From contig CAWCKY010000004.1 in the NCBI GenBank assembly GCA_963796275.1, forward strand, positions 1,408,001 through 1,472,000: a stretch of 64,000 nt of DNA, read 5' to 3'. The notes beneath the pieces are model-generated. The model saw nothing but the letters and a program-made list of their open reading frames with translations. It had not been told where the DNA came from and did no database searches. Below are positions 1-11,394 of the stretch, in pieces. A program made the position numbers and the translations under genes. Origin of the DNA: an uncultured Acidobacteriota bacterium. Its GTDB lineage: Bacteria; Acidobacteriota; Blastocatellia; RBC074. Each line of letters opens with the position of its first letter. Within the stretch, counting starts at the first letter, position 1.

Positions 1-2174
1 ACAAGATTTCCAAGATAGAAGAGAAGGGCGTGGATGTCTTCCAACCAGGCGTCATCACGCTCGCCTCACTGCTGAGGGTTGGCGAGTATGTCGACGCCAA
101 TAAGATTGCGGAATATATCTATGGCAGTAAAGGGGTCAAGGAGCTATACGGGATGCAGGGATTCATCCAGGCTGACGTGAACTTCATCCCCAAATTCATC
201 GACCGGACCGACGAAGAGGGGGATATCGAGGTCACGCTCGAGGTCGATGAGGGCCGCCAGTTCTCGCTGCGCCGGCTGGAGTTCATCGGCAACACGAGCA
301 CGCGCGACGTGGTGCTCCGCCGTGAAGTCGCGATCGATGAAGGCTCTCCGTATAACAAACGCCTCTGGGATTACTCGATCCTGCGCCTCAATCAACTCGG
401 TCTCTTCGATGAGATCAAAGAGAAGGACGCCATCACGCGCACCAACGACCGCGATCAGACGGTGGACATCGACCTCCAGGTCAAAGAGAAAGGCCGCCAG
501 CAAATTCAGCTGAACGGCGGCGTATCGGGTTACGCCGGAAGCTTCTTCGGAATCGAATACCAGACCAACAATTTCCTGGGTTACGGCGAGACGCTGCAAC
601 TCGCTTTCTCGGGCGGTAACCGGCAGGTCTATGCGGCATTCGGTTTCACCGAACCCTATCTACTCGGGAAGCCGATCAGCTTAGGCTTTAACCTCTTCGT
701 CCAGAACGCACAATTCGTCGGGTCGGGTTTCGACATCGCGAGCCAGTCGCGTGCGATTACGGCGAGCGCATTCGGGTTGACATCGGTCGACGCCGCCTCG
801 CTCTTCACCCAGAAGACCTACGGTGGGAGCGTAAGTCTGTCGGGTCAGATGGCGCTCTTCACCAATAAGTTTCCCAAATTTTCGCGATTCGCTCGTCTGG
901 GCCTCTCCTACTCGCTCACGAACAACACGGTTCAGGATCCCGAGGCAAACAGGGACGGTGATCCGACGAACGACATCCCGGTGACATTTCGGCAACCGCC
1001 GATTATCACGAGTCAAATTACTCCTTCGCTCTATTACAACACCAAGAATGCTTACATCGATCCGACCCGCGGTCAGAGCCTCTATCTTGGATTCGGGTTG
1101 GCGGGCGGAGTTCTCGGCGGGGCCGTCAATACCTTTGCGCCAAGCTTCGAATATCAATTGTTCGTCCCGGCGCTCCGACGGAAATCAGAGAAACCGCACG
1201 TGATAGCCATGAGGCTCCGGGCCGATCATATTCGAACCTTCGGCACGCCTTTCACCACGGGCTCTCTGGCATTCGTGGGTGGCATTCCGATCTACTCGCG
1301 ATTCTTCCTGGGCGGTGAAAACGACATTCGCGGTTATAACTTCCGCTCGGTTTCACCGGTGGTGCCGTACAATTCTTATGCATCGACCCAGAACCCGCGA
1401 GCATTTGCGAGAGACCCTAACAACTCGGGCAACTTGATCGACTATACCCAGGCGACGGGTCTCCCCGTAGATCAAGCCCAACTAAATAGCAGATATACAT
1501 TCCAGGCGCCATTTGAGAATGGTTGCGGTTTGGTTGCGACACCCAACTGCAATGTGCTTCAGACGAGCGGAATCTTCTATCCGGTTGGCGGCGATACACA
1601 GTTTATTTATAACCTCGAGTATCGCATCCCGATAGTCAGCGTCCTCTCACTCGCAGCATTTACCGATTTCGGCGCCGTGTTCAATGCGCGCAAATACCCT
1701 GACCAGATCGTTAGATCGGATTTCATTCCGCCTATTCCGGGCCAGGGGTTCGGTAATATCTCGCCTTTCGGGGGTGGGATTAATGGTAATAAAGTCGCGC
1801 TTAACAACGAAAACGGAGTATTTATAAAAAATGATACGGGTCAGCTTCTTAACGCGGCTGATTTGCAAAGCGTAAATAGAGATGTGAACGGTAACCCGGA
1901 CGGATATACGCCAGCTTTCATCTTCGGCGCTACTCGCACGTACAGCATCGCTGATATGGACCAATCGATGAATGGGTTTATCGATTCGCTGCGTTCGAAT
2001 TTGATCTCATCGATGGGATTGGAATTCCGCGTGCAAATGCCGGTAATCAACGTTCCGTTTCGCCTGATCTGGGCATATAATCCTCAGGCGAGGACAGATC
2101 CGTTCGATCCCAGGACGTTTGGCTTCATCGAACGCAAATCGGTCTTTCGTTTCAGCGTCGGAAGGACCTTCTAG
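1..2174 (+). CDS. bamA: Outer membrane protein assembly factor BamA (5' truncated by window edge)
   Basis: POTRA-like segment (GNTSTRDVVLRRE...LNQLGLF); barrel motifs RFFLGGENDIRGY (L6 IRGY) and GGD...YNLEYRIP; C-terminal FRFSVGRTF; frame open from position 3; upstream of skp-lpxD. Confidence 0.95.
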   Translation, partial: KISKIEEKGVDVFQPGVITLASLLRVGEYVDANKIAEYIYGSKGVKELYGMQGFIQADVNFIPKFIDRTDEEGDIEVTLEVDEGRQFSLRRLEFIGNTSTRDVVLRREVAIDEGSPYNKRLWDYSILRLNQLGLFDEIKEKDAITRTNDRDQTVDIDLQVKEKGRQQIQLNGGVSGYAGSFFGIEYQTNNFLGYGETLQLAFSGGNRQVYAAFGFTEPYLLGKPISLGFNLFVQNAQFVGSGFDIASQSRAITASAFGLTSVDAASLFTQKTYGGSVSLSGQMALFTNKFPKFSRFARLGLSYSLTNNTVQDPEANRDGDPTNDIPVTFRQPPIITSQITPSLYYNTKNAYIDPTRGQSLYLGFGLAGGVLGGAVNTFAPSFEYQLFVPALRRKSEKPHVIAMRLRADHIRTFGTPFTTGSLAFVGGIPIYSRFFLGGENDIRGYNFRSVSPVVPYNSYASTQNPRAFARDPNNSGNLIDYTQATGLPVDQAQLNSRYTFQAPFENGCGLVATPNCNVLQTSGIFYPVGGDTQFIYNLEYRIPIVSVLSLAAFTDFGAVFNARKYPDQIVRSDFIPPIPGQGFGNISPFGGGINGNKVALNNENGVFIKNDTGQLLNAADLQSVNRDVNGNPDGYTPAFIFGATRTYSIADMDQSMNGFIDSLRSNLISSMGLEFRVQMPVINVPFRLIWAYNPQARTDPFDPRTFGFIERKSVFRFSVGRTF

Positions 2175-2195
2175 TTTCTAGTTAATGGAGATTTT

Positions 2196-2819
2196 GTGAG
2201 AATGAAATTCAACCTTTTGTTAACCATGGCTTTCCTGCTGATCGCCGGTCCGAGCGTTCTCGCGCAAGAATCGGCCGGCAGCGGGCAGGCGGCTAAACCG
2301 GGAGGAGTGTCGGGTGGCCCGGTTCCCAAGATGAAAATCGCGATCGTCGATTGGCAGATATTCAAAATCAGGGTGGGAGAGCTCAAAGTTAAATATGACA
2401 AATTGGAAGTAGAGTTCCAGGGGCGACGCCAGCAACTACAAGCTATGCAGAACAAGCTCGAAGCCCAGAACAAAACTTTACAAGAAGGCAAGAACCTTAC
2501 GCCACAGCAGGCACAAAAGCTAACCGAGGACATCGAGCAGCAAAAGAAACTTTATAACCGAACGCTCGAAGATTCTGAAGGAGAGGCGCGCAAGCGTGAG
2601 CAGGAGGAGACCGAGGCGATCTATGATAAGTTGAGTAAATTCCTGGATCAGTATTGCGTCAAGAACGGCATCACCACGGTTTTCGATATGCGCCGTTTGC
2701 AAGAGACCCGCCTCGTCGTCCATGCAGCAGATGCCGCGAATATCACGGAAGACTTCATCAAGGAATACAATAAGTCCAACCCGTCTTCTGCTCCAGCACC
2801 GTCGACACCAAAACCATAA
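2196..2819 (+). CDS. skp: Skp/OmpH family periplasmic chaperone (copy 1)
   Basis: Signal peptide, KIAIVD motif, long coiled coil, C-terminal NITEDFIKEYN; directly after bamA. Confidence 0.85.
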   Translation: MRMKFNLLLTMAFLLIAGPSVLAQESAGSGQAAKPGGVSGGPVPKMKIAIVDWQIFKIRVGELKVKYDKLEVEFQGRRQQLQAMQNKLEAQNKTLQEGKNLTPQQAQKLTEDIEQQKKLYNRTLEDSEGEARKREQEETEAIYDKLSKFLDQYCVKNGITTVFDMRRLQETRLVVHAADAANITEDFIKEYNKSNPSSAPAPSTPKP

Positions 2820-2871
2820 TAATAGATCGGGAGATGCACTCATAACATCGATCATTAAGGAGCACAATGAA

Positions 2872-3510
2872 ATGAGTAAACTGATTCTAGCATTCGCGAT
2901 ATGCAGTTCATTTGCGATTGCTGCCTTCGCCCAGACGCCTACACCTCCGCGAACGACGGCGGCCAGTTCAGCCCCTGCCGGGTCGGCTCCCTCCGGCGGG
3001 ACAGGAGCGGAAGGCAAGATCGCATATCTCAACGTGGCTCAATTCGAACAGGGCATCGGTGAGTTAAAATTGAAAATAGAGGCCCTTTACGCCGAGTTCA
3101 AGCCGAAAAACGATGAGATCAAGAGTGAGGAAGATGCGCTGAACAGCCTCAGATCCAAGATTTCAAATCAGGGCGGCACTGTTAGCCCACAGGTGCGCGC
3201 TCAATGGCAGGACGAACTCACTCAGAAAGAGAAGAGTCTCAAACGCAAAGCCGAAGATTACAGCGCGCTGGGCCAGAGAAAACTGACTGAGATAGCCCAA
3301 CCTGTCTATGACAAGATCACTGAGTTCCTGAAACAATATTGCCAGCAGCGCGGAATAGTCCTCGTCCTGGATGGCGGTCGCGCAGCGGGCTCAGGAGTTC
3401 TGGTCTGGGGGTCGCAAACGGCCGATATCACAAAAGATTTTATTGACGAATATAACAAAGCAAATCCCTCAGGGTCTGCGCCGGCATCTTCCACGACCAA
3501 GAAACCCTAA
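2872..3510 (+). CDS. skp: Skp/OmpH family periplasmic chaperone (copy 2)
   Basis: ATG 2872 after AAGGAG; signal peptide, KIAYLN, coiled coil, DITKDFIDEYN; clearly paralogous to the upstream gene. Confidence 0.85.
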   Translation: MSKLILAFAICSSFAIAAFAQTPTPPRTTAASSAPAGSAPSGGTGAEGKIAYLNVAQFEQGIGELKLKIEALYAEFKPKNDEIKSEEDALNSLRSKISNQGGTVSPQVRAQWQDELTQKEKSLKRKAEDYSALGQRKLTEIAQPVYDKITEFLKQYCQQRGIVLVLDGGRAAGSGVLVWGSQTADITKDFIDEYNKANPSGSAPASSTTKKP

Positions 3511-3604
3511 ATAATTGATGATGGATAGTTGATAATTGATAATTCGTAAACGCGGTGGCAGCAATTTATATGAATTATCCATTATCAATTATCCATTATC
3601 AATT
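3511..3604. repeat. Palindrome with heptamer-periodic arms (ATAATTG/ATAATGG units); homolog at 47261
   Basis: ATAATTG ATGATGG ATAGTTG ATAATTG ATAATTC - loop - GAATTAT CCATTAT CAATTAT CCATTAT CAATT. Confidence 0.85.
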
Positions 3605-3609
3605 TTCTT

Positions 3610-4639
3610 ATGACCCTCTCCGAACTCGCTCAGCAAATCAAAGCAGAACTACGCGGCAACGGGCACGTTGAAATTACCGGCGCCAACTCGTTAGAGAACG
3701 CGAATTTCGGCGATGTAACCTTTGCCGCCGACACCGCACGATTGAATCAGGCGCGGGATTGCGAAGCCTCCGGTTTAATCGTGCCGGCGAAACTGGCAGA
3801 GAGATCCTCGGATCGCCAGCCGCAACCTGCTCATCGCCGGTGACGCAAAGCTCGCGTTCGCCCGTGCAATCAGCGTTTTTTATGCGAAGCCTTATGTGTC
3901 CCGCGGAGTGAGCCCTGACTTTGTCCTGGGCGAGAATTCTCGGCTCGGCGATGACTGCTCCATACTACCGCGCGTTACAATCGGACGTAATTCGACGATC
4001 GGAGACCGCGTGACGCTCTATCCTGGAGTGTGCCTCGGCGATCACGTCAAAATCGGCGATGACACTGTGATATTCCCCAACGTGGTCGTTTACGATGGCG
4101 CAGAGATCGGCGCGCGCTGCCGTATTCACAGCGGCACTGTAATCGGGGCGGACGGATTCAGCTTCACCCCTGACGAAGTAGGTCAGCAAGTCAAGCTGCT
4201 GCAAGTAGGGCGCGTGGTGATAGAGGACGACGTTGAGATCGGCGCCAACTGTTGCGTCGACCGCGCCGGTTTTGGTGAAACGCGCATCCGGCGGGGCGCG
4301 AAGTTCGACAACCTCATTCAGATTGGCCATAACGTCGAGATCGGCGAAAATACCGTGGTGGCGGCCCTGGCGGGATTTTCCGGCGGAACGAAAGTCGGCC
4401 GCAACTGCATAATCGCCGGCCAGATCGGCACCAACCAGCACATTACCATCGGCGAGGGTGCTATCATTACTGCGCGAACCGGCGTCACAAAAAGCGTCGA
4501 GCCGGGCAAGCTGATGGGCGGGATGATGCCGGCACAGGATTATCAACAATGGCGCAGAGCGCAGGTTTTATATTCCCGTTTACCAGAATTGTTTGAGAGA
4601 TTGAAGAAGCTGGAGCAAAGTCGCGAAGCCCAGGATTGA
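3610..4639 (+). CDS. lpxD: UDP-3-O-acylglucosamine N-acyltransferase LpxD; +1 frameshift near 3800 (probable sequencing error)
   Basis: N-terminal [21 protein letters not shown]; after the shift, hexapeptide repeats, [11 protein letters not shown] and [12 protein letters not shown]; removing one base in GAGAGAT (~3798-3804) joins the frames. Confidence 0.9.
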
Positions 4640-4877
4640 AGATAGGCCGGCATTTCCTGGTCTTCATTTATCAAGTTCTTTGCACGGAAGCCGCATTTTT
4701 CTTCCACGCGTTGCGACATTATCAATTCAACCGTGAGTTTCAACGGCAGTTCAATTCGCGGAGACATACGAGATTTATGCGCGGCGCGGCGCGACCGTAC
4801 GTTCTTGGCTGCTCATGCTCAATCCTGGCAGCGCACACAATTTCAGACAGGCAAATCAGACAAGCAAAGAAGACGAG

Positions 4878-5312
4878 ATGGACATCAACGAGATACAGAA
4901 AATCATCCCTCACCGTTACCCGATGCTTCTCATCGATCGCGTAATTGAGCTGGAGCCGCTCAAGCGGATTGTGGCAATCAAAAACATTACGATGAACGAA
5001 CACGTTTTTCAGGGCCACTTTCCCGGAGCACCGGTTCTGCCGGGCGTCTACATCATTGAGGCGATGGCGCAGGCCGGCGCGGTCCTGCTCTTCCGCGAAG
5101 TGCCCAATCGCGAAAACAAGCTGCTCTATTTCACCGGGATCGAAGAAGCAAAATTCCGTAAACCGGTCCGTCCCGGAGATCAGCTTAGAATTGAAGTCTC
5201 TGTCATCAAATACAAATTGGGTTATGCAAAACTGCGGGCAGAGGCTACCGTAGATAGCAAACTTGTCACGGAGGCCGTCATCACCTCTGCACTGGTCGAA
5301 AGACCGAGCTGA
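4878..5312 (+). CDS. fabZ: 3-hydroxyacyl-ACP dehydratase FabZ
   Basis: IPHRYPMLLIDRV, FQGHFPGAPVLPGVYIIEAMAQ, FRKPVRPGD. Confidence 0.95.
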   Translation: MDINEIQKIIPHRYPMLLIDRVIELEPLKRIVAIKNITMNEHVFQGHFPGAPVLPGVYIIEAMAQAGAVLLFREVPNRENKLLYFTGIEEAKFRKPVRPGDQLRIEVSVIKYKLGYAKLRAEATVDSKLVTEAVITSALVERPS

Positions 5313-5394
5313 AAATCCGGTGTCTGCCGGAGGAGACCTCGACTCTGAATCTCAGAATTGATGTTTTCAGACTCCGCCACCGGAATTTTGCCTT

Positions 5395-6165
5395 ATGATT
5401 CATCCCACAGCAATTGTCAGTTTGCGCGCACAGATCGGCGCGAACGTCGCGATCGGCCCGTATTCGCTTATCGGTGAAGAAGTGGTTATCGCGGAAGATG
5501 TCGAAATAGCAGGGCACGTCGTTATCGAAGGGCCGTGTGAAATCGGAAAAGGAACTCGTATCTACCCCTTTTCCGCTATCGGCCTTCCACCACAAGACCT
5601 CAAGTTCAAGGGCGAGAAAACTCGTCTGATCATCGGTGCGCGAAATATCATACGCGAGCACGTAACGATGAATCGCGGCACGGAAGGGGGCGGTGGCCTG
5701 ACTTCCGTCGGCGATGACAACCTGTTCATGACGCAAAGCCACATAGCGCACGATTGCATCGTCGGCTCGCACAACATTTTCGCAAACGGGGCATCGCTGG
5801 CCGGTCACCTGACGATGGGTGACCATATAAACATCGGTGCACATACCGGCGTGCATCAATTCTGCCGAATCGGCAATTATGCATTTATCGGCGCGTATTC
5901 CAAGATCGTAAAGGACGCCCTGCCCTACGCCAAGATCGACGGCAAAAAGGCGAAATGTTATGGGCCAAACACAATGGGATTGCAGCGCAAAGGATTTTCC
6001 GACGAATCGATTCGCCATATCAAACACGCATTTCACCTGCTGCTTACATCAAAACTCAATACCTCCCAGGCGCTCGAACGGATCAAGGCCGAAATGTCCG
6101 GCCTGAGCGAGATCGATTATCTGGTAGAATTTATCGAGAATTCCGAGCGAGGCGTTATCAAGTAG
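5395..6165 (+). CDS. lpxA: Acyl-ACP--UDP-N-acetylglucosamine O-acyltransferase LpxA
   Basis: MIHPTAIV, PQDLKFKGE, IREHVTMNRGT, HIAHDC, VHQFCRIG, RGVIK end. Confidence 0.95.
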   Translation: MIHPTAIVSLRAQIGANVAIGPYSLIGEEVVIAEDVEIAGHVVIEGPCEIGKGTRIYPFSAIGLPPQDLKFKGEKTRLIIGARNIIREHVTMNRGTEGGGGLTSVGDDNLFMTQSHIAHDCIVGSHNIFANGASLAGHLTMGDHINIGAHTGVHQFCRIGNYAFIGAYSKIVKDALPYAKIDGKKAKCYGPNTMGLQRKGFSDESIRHIKHAFHLLLTSKLNTSQALERIKAEMSGLSEIDYLVEFIENSERGVIK

Positions 6166-6750
6166 ATGGCTGCGAGAAGATCCAGTCTCGAATTTCAACC
6201 GCTGACTCCCAATCGCTGGCGTGATTTTGAAGCCTTATTCGGCGAACGCGGCGCCTGCGGCGGCTGTTGGTGTATGTATTGGCGCCTGACGCGCTCCCAA
6301 TACAACGACGCTAAAGGTGAGAAAAACAAAAGCGCGATGAAAGCTCTGGTAGATGCGGGTGAAACTCCGGGTATTCTGGCATATGACAAGGGAGGGCCCG
6401 TCGGCTGGTGCTCTGTTGCGCCCAGACGATCGTTCTCAGCTCTTGACCGATCGCGAATTTTGAAACCCGTAGATGACCAGCCGGTATGGTCGATCGCCTG
6501 TTTCTTCGTTGATAAGAAACACAGAAGACAGGGAATCTCGGTGAAACTGCTCAAAGCTGCCATAGACTTCGTCGGCGACCGAGGCGGGCGGGTAATCGAG
6601 GGTTATCCGATAGATCCGAAAAAAGACCAGCCCGATGCGTTTATCTGGACCGGTTTGGCTTCGGCGTTTATCAAAGCCGGATTTAAGGAGGTCGTGCGGC
6701 GATCGGAATCGAGGCCGATTATGAGGTATGAAATAAGGAAGCAGCGATGA
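6166..6750 (+). CDS. GNAT family N-acetyltransferase
   Basis: CGGCWCMYWR, PVGWCSVAPR, CFFV...RRQGIS..LL acetyl-CoA motif, IEGYP, F.KAGF; abuts lpxA stop and overlaps lpxI start. Confidence 0.85.
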   Translation: MAARRSSLEFQPLTPNRWRDFEALFGERGACGGCWCMYWRLTRSQYNDAKGEKNKSAMKALVDAGETPGILAYDKGGPVGWCSVAPRRSFSALDRSRILKPVDDQPVWSIACFFVDKKHRRQGISVKLLKAAIDFVGDRGGRVIEGYPIDPKKDQPDAFIWTGLASAFIKAGFKEVVRRSESRPIMRYEIRKQR

Positions 6751-7571
6751 GATACGGATTGATAGCAGGCAACGGGCGGTTCCCTTTCCTCGTCCTCGAA
6801 GGCGCGCGCGCCGAAGGCGTCGATATGGCAGTTGCGGCTATCAAGGAAGAGACCGATCCGGAGATCGAAAAACTGGCGCAGGTCGTCGAATGGATCAGCG
6901 TCGGCCATCTCAATAAGCTCATCAAGTTTTTCACCAGACACGGTGTTTCACAGGCGATTATGGCCGGTCAGGTTAAACACGTTCAGATTTTCAAACTCAA
7001 TGCCCTCCCCGATCTGCGGATGGCTCGAATGCTCGCCCGTCTCAAACGCCGCAACACCGACGCCCTCATCGGCGCGGTCGCCGACGAGCTGGAATCGGAG
7101 GGCATCAAATTGATCGATTCGACAACATTTCTGCAACCTCACCTCGCCCGGAAAGGAGCGCTAACCAAACGCGCTCCCAATAAGCATGAAATGGAAGACA
7201 TCGAATACGGACTGCATGTCGCTCTGGAACTCGCACGATTGGATCTGGGGCAAACTATCGTTGTGAAGAACCAGGCTGTGATTGCGCTAGAAGCGATGGA
7301 AGGCACCGATGCCACGATACGCCGTGCCTCGGAACTGGTTCGCGGCCGCGCACTGACCGCAATCAAAGTCGCCAAGCCCAATCAGGACATGCGGTTCGAT
7401 GTCCCGGTTATCGGCATGAATACTATCGAGACGCTGAAGGCCTGTAACGTCACGGCGATGTCAGTGACGGCCGATAAAACGCTTCTCATCGACCGCGATG
7501 AGGCCATCGCAGCCGCAAACAAGAATCGCATTGCAATTATCGGGATGGGAGACATTAGCCAACAGCCATAA
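6747..7571 (+). CDS. lpxI: UDP-2,3-diacylglucosamine diphosphatase LpxI
   Basis: GLIAGNGRFP, DLGQTIVV, EAMEGTDATIRR, KVAKPNQDMRFDVPVIG. Confidence 0.92.
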   Translation: MRYGLIAGNGRFPFLVLEGARAEGVDMAVAAIKEETDPEIEKLAQVVEWISVGHLNKLIKFFTRHGVSQAIMAGQVKHVQIFKLNALPDLRMARMLARLKRRNTDALIGAVADELESEGIKLIDSTTFLQPHLARKGALTKRAPNKHEMEDIEYGLHVALELARLDLGQTIVVKNQAVIALEAMEGTDATIRRASELVRGRALTAIKVAKPNQDMRFDVPVIGMNTIETLKACNVTAMSVTADKTLLIDRDEAIAAANKNRIAIIGMGDISQQP

Positions 7572-7623
7572 CTGCGTATATAAGGACAATACTGTCTCGT
7601 TATGATCGCCGCCACCGGTCTCC

Positions 7624-8058
7624 TTATTTCTCATTTTTCGTTCTACGCATGAAAGCGGCGTACTTGGGCGGAAAGGCCTTCGCCTTCCCCTGACCATTCA
7701 TCACGATGTGATGCGTTTCTCCCTCTGCCAATAGAATCCGATCGGACGCGCGTAAAATCTCATATGCGAAACTGATCGCGCGGCTGCGCAATTCGATGAC
7801 TTTCGTTCGTATCAATATTTCATCGTCATATTTCGCCGGAACACGATATTTGACGCTCACCTCGGTTACCGGCAAAAAAGCATCCGCCTCATACTCCATA
7901 TCGCGATAGTTAAAACCGTAATCGCGGCACAGCTCAACCCGTCCGACTTCAAACCAGATTAAATAATTCGAGTGATAAACTACACCCGCCTGATCGGTCT
8001 CGGCATAACGCACTCGCAGTCGAGTTTCGCACCATTCGTGATCTTCAGCAGCGCTCAT
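7624..8058 (-). CDS. Acyl-CoA thioesterase (YbgC/FadM, 4HBT hotdog fold)
   Basis: RVRYAETDQAGVVYHSNYLIWFEVGR motif. Confidence 0.9.
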   Translation of the reverse strand: MSAAEDHEWCETRLRVRYAETDQAGVVYHSNYLIWFEVGRVELCRDYGFNYRDMEYEADAFLPVTEVSVKYRVPAKYDDEILIRTKVIELRSRAISFAYEILRASDRILLAEGETHHIVMNGQGKAKAFPPKYAAFMRRTKNEK

Positions 8059-8107
8059 AGATGCTTTTTGCGGTTTTAATCCTTTATCTGAATTATAATT
8101 TAGGCGT

Positions 8108-8210
8108 CGGTTGACGGCAGTCGGTTGTCGGTTCGTAGCTGCCAATCAAAGTTAGCTCCCCAAAGTTACCGACAATCGACGGCGAACCGATAACCGACTA
8201 CCGTCAACCG
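8108..8210. repeat. Palindrome with heptamer-periodic arms (CGGTTGT-type units)
   Basis: CGGTTGA CGGCAGT CGGTTGT CGGTTCG (8108-8135) is the reverse complement of CGAACCG ATAACCG ACTACCG TCAACCG (8183-8210) at 26/28. Confidence 0.85.
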
Positions 8211-8241
8211 GGCTACCGTTGTTTAACCCGAAAGGAAGTAC

Positions 8242-9576
8242 ATGTCAAAACGAATTCGGATAGCAATTACCTGTTCCCTGCTGCTCTTCATAACATTTCA
8301 CAGCGTGCCCGTCGCGCAACAACCGGCCAGGCCGGGCGCCGGGCCGGCCCTGGAGAATGCCGCCGGAACCGCGGACGTCCTCGCTACAACCAACGAAATC
8401 CTGGACGAAGTGAGCCAGATGCGCGGACTCAAAATCCTCAAGCCCGTCAAGAGCGGCGTCAAGTCGCGCAGCGAAATTGAGCAGGAGATCATCAAGAATT
8501 TCGAGGAGTCTATCAAGCCCGAAGAACTCTATGCGAGCACCAAGACGCTCATCGCCTATGGGCTTGTGCCTAAAGACTTCGATTATCGCGAGATGATGAT
8601 CAGGCTGCTGACCGAGCAGGTCGCGGGTTTCTACCGTCCGAAATCGAAAGAACTGTTTATCGCCGACTGGAACGAATTGAGCGAGCAAAAGCCCGTGATG
8701 GCCCACGAACTGACGCACGCGCTGCAGGATCAACATTTCAATCTGAAGCGTTTTGAAGAATGGCCGCGCGGCGACAGCGATCGAGAGTTGGCGATTCACG
8801 CGCTGATCGAGGGCGATGCGACTGGTGTTATGTATAACTATCAGCTCAAACCGATGAAAAGTGATATCACGCGCCTGCCTAACCTCGCCAATTTCGCCGA
8901 CTTTACCCAGAAGCAGGCGGAAAAAGAGAACCAGAAGGTATTCCTCTCGACGCCCGCCGCAATCCGCGAATCTCTGATCTTCCCCTATGTTTATGGCGTC
9001 GGCTTCGTGCAGGAGCTGGTCAAAAATAGCGGATGGGAAGGCGTTTCGGCCGCATTCACCGATTTACCGCAATCGAGCGAACAGATCATCCACTTCGATA
9101 AATACAGATCGCGCGAACGGCCGGTCAAAATCGAAATGACGGACATCGCGTCATTACTCGGATCGGGCTGGAAGCGACTCGATGCCGACATAAACGGAGA
9201 ATTCGGGTATTTTCTGGTCCTCAGCGAATTCATCGAGAAGAGTGACGCGCGAACCGCGTCGGAAGGCTGGGGCGGAGATATTTACACGCTTTACGAAAAC
9301 CGCGGGACCGGCAAACTGCTGCTCGTTCAGTTGAGCTCCTGGGATACGGTGAAAGACGCCGAAGAGTTCTTTCAGGCTTATGCTAAACGTACGGCGACAC
9401 GCTATCCGCAGGCCAAAGCGAATAAGGATTCGACCGCCAGCGAACACGATTTTCAAACGCCCGATGGCAGGACCGTCATCCAGCTACGCAACAAATCGGT
9501 GCTTATCATTGAAGGCATACCAACAGAAAATAATGAGCGTTTAGCGAAACTGTCTGATGCCTTATGGAAGAGATAA
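8242..9576 (+). CDS. Secreted putative zinc metallopeptidase (HExxH; DUF6782-like)
   Basis: Signal peptide; VAGFY, MAHELTHALQDQHF, ALIEGDAT, FPYVYG, P.SSEQIIH, GWGGD motifs. Confidence 0.7.
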   Translation: MSKRIRIAITCSLLLFITFHSVPVAQQPARPGAGPALENAAGTADVLATTNEILDEVSQMRGLKILKPVKSGVKSRSEIEQEIIKNFEESIKPEELYASTKTLIAYGLVPKDFDYREMMIRLLTEQVAGFYRPKSKELFIADWNELSEQKPVMAHELTHALQDQHFNLKRFEEWPRGDSDRELAIHALIEGDATGVMYNYQLKPMKSDITRLPNLANFADFTQKQAEKENQKVFLSTPAAIRESLIFPYVYGVGFVQELVKNSGWEGVSAAFTDLPQSSEQIIHFDKYRSRERPVKIEMTDIASLLGSGWKRLDADINGEFGYFLVLSEFIEKSDARTASEGWGGDIYTLYENRGTGKLLLVQLSSWDTVKDAEEFFQAYAKRTATRYPQAKANKDSTASEHDFQTPDGRTVIQLRNKSVLIIEGIPTENNERLAKLSDALWKR

Positions 9577-9655
9577 ATGAAATTTCTCGGTTTTCAGTTT
9601 TCGTGCAAGATGACCTCGAGTAAACCTGAATACCGCAACCGAAAAACCGTTTTCC

Positions 9656-11275
<1,620 letters not shown>

Positions 11276-11394
11276 AGGCTGGGTAAACCGCGATTATAGG
11301 TGTTAAGATAGCTGCGAATTATAAGTTTTCCGTTGCTGTATGATTTCAGAGCCACCCAATGAATAACGGAAAAACACGTTCTGAGGTATAAGCG

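Noticed and set aside
3610-4639. lpxD as a true pseudogene or programmed frameshift
   Set aside because: No canonical slippery heptamer and no further decay; similar single indels occur in three other genes.
4636-4948. Small ORFs between lpxD and fabZ (102 aa and 71 aa)
   Set aside because: They overlap fabZ out of frame, lack motifs and have atypical composition.
5281-6036. 251-aa minus-strand ORF
   Set aside because: Antisense shadow of lpxA.
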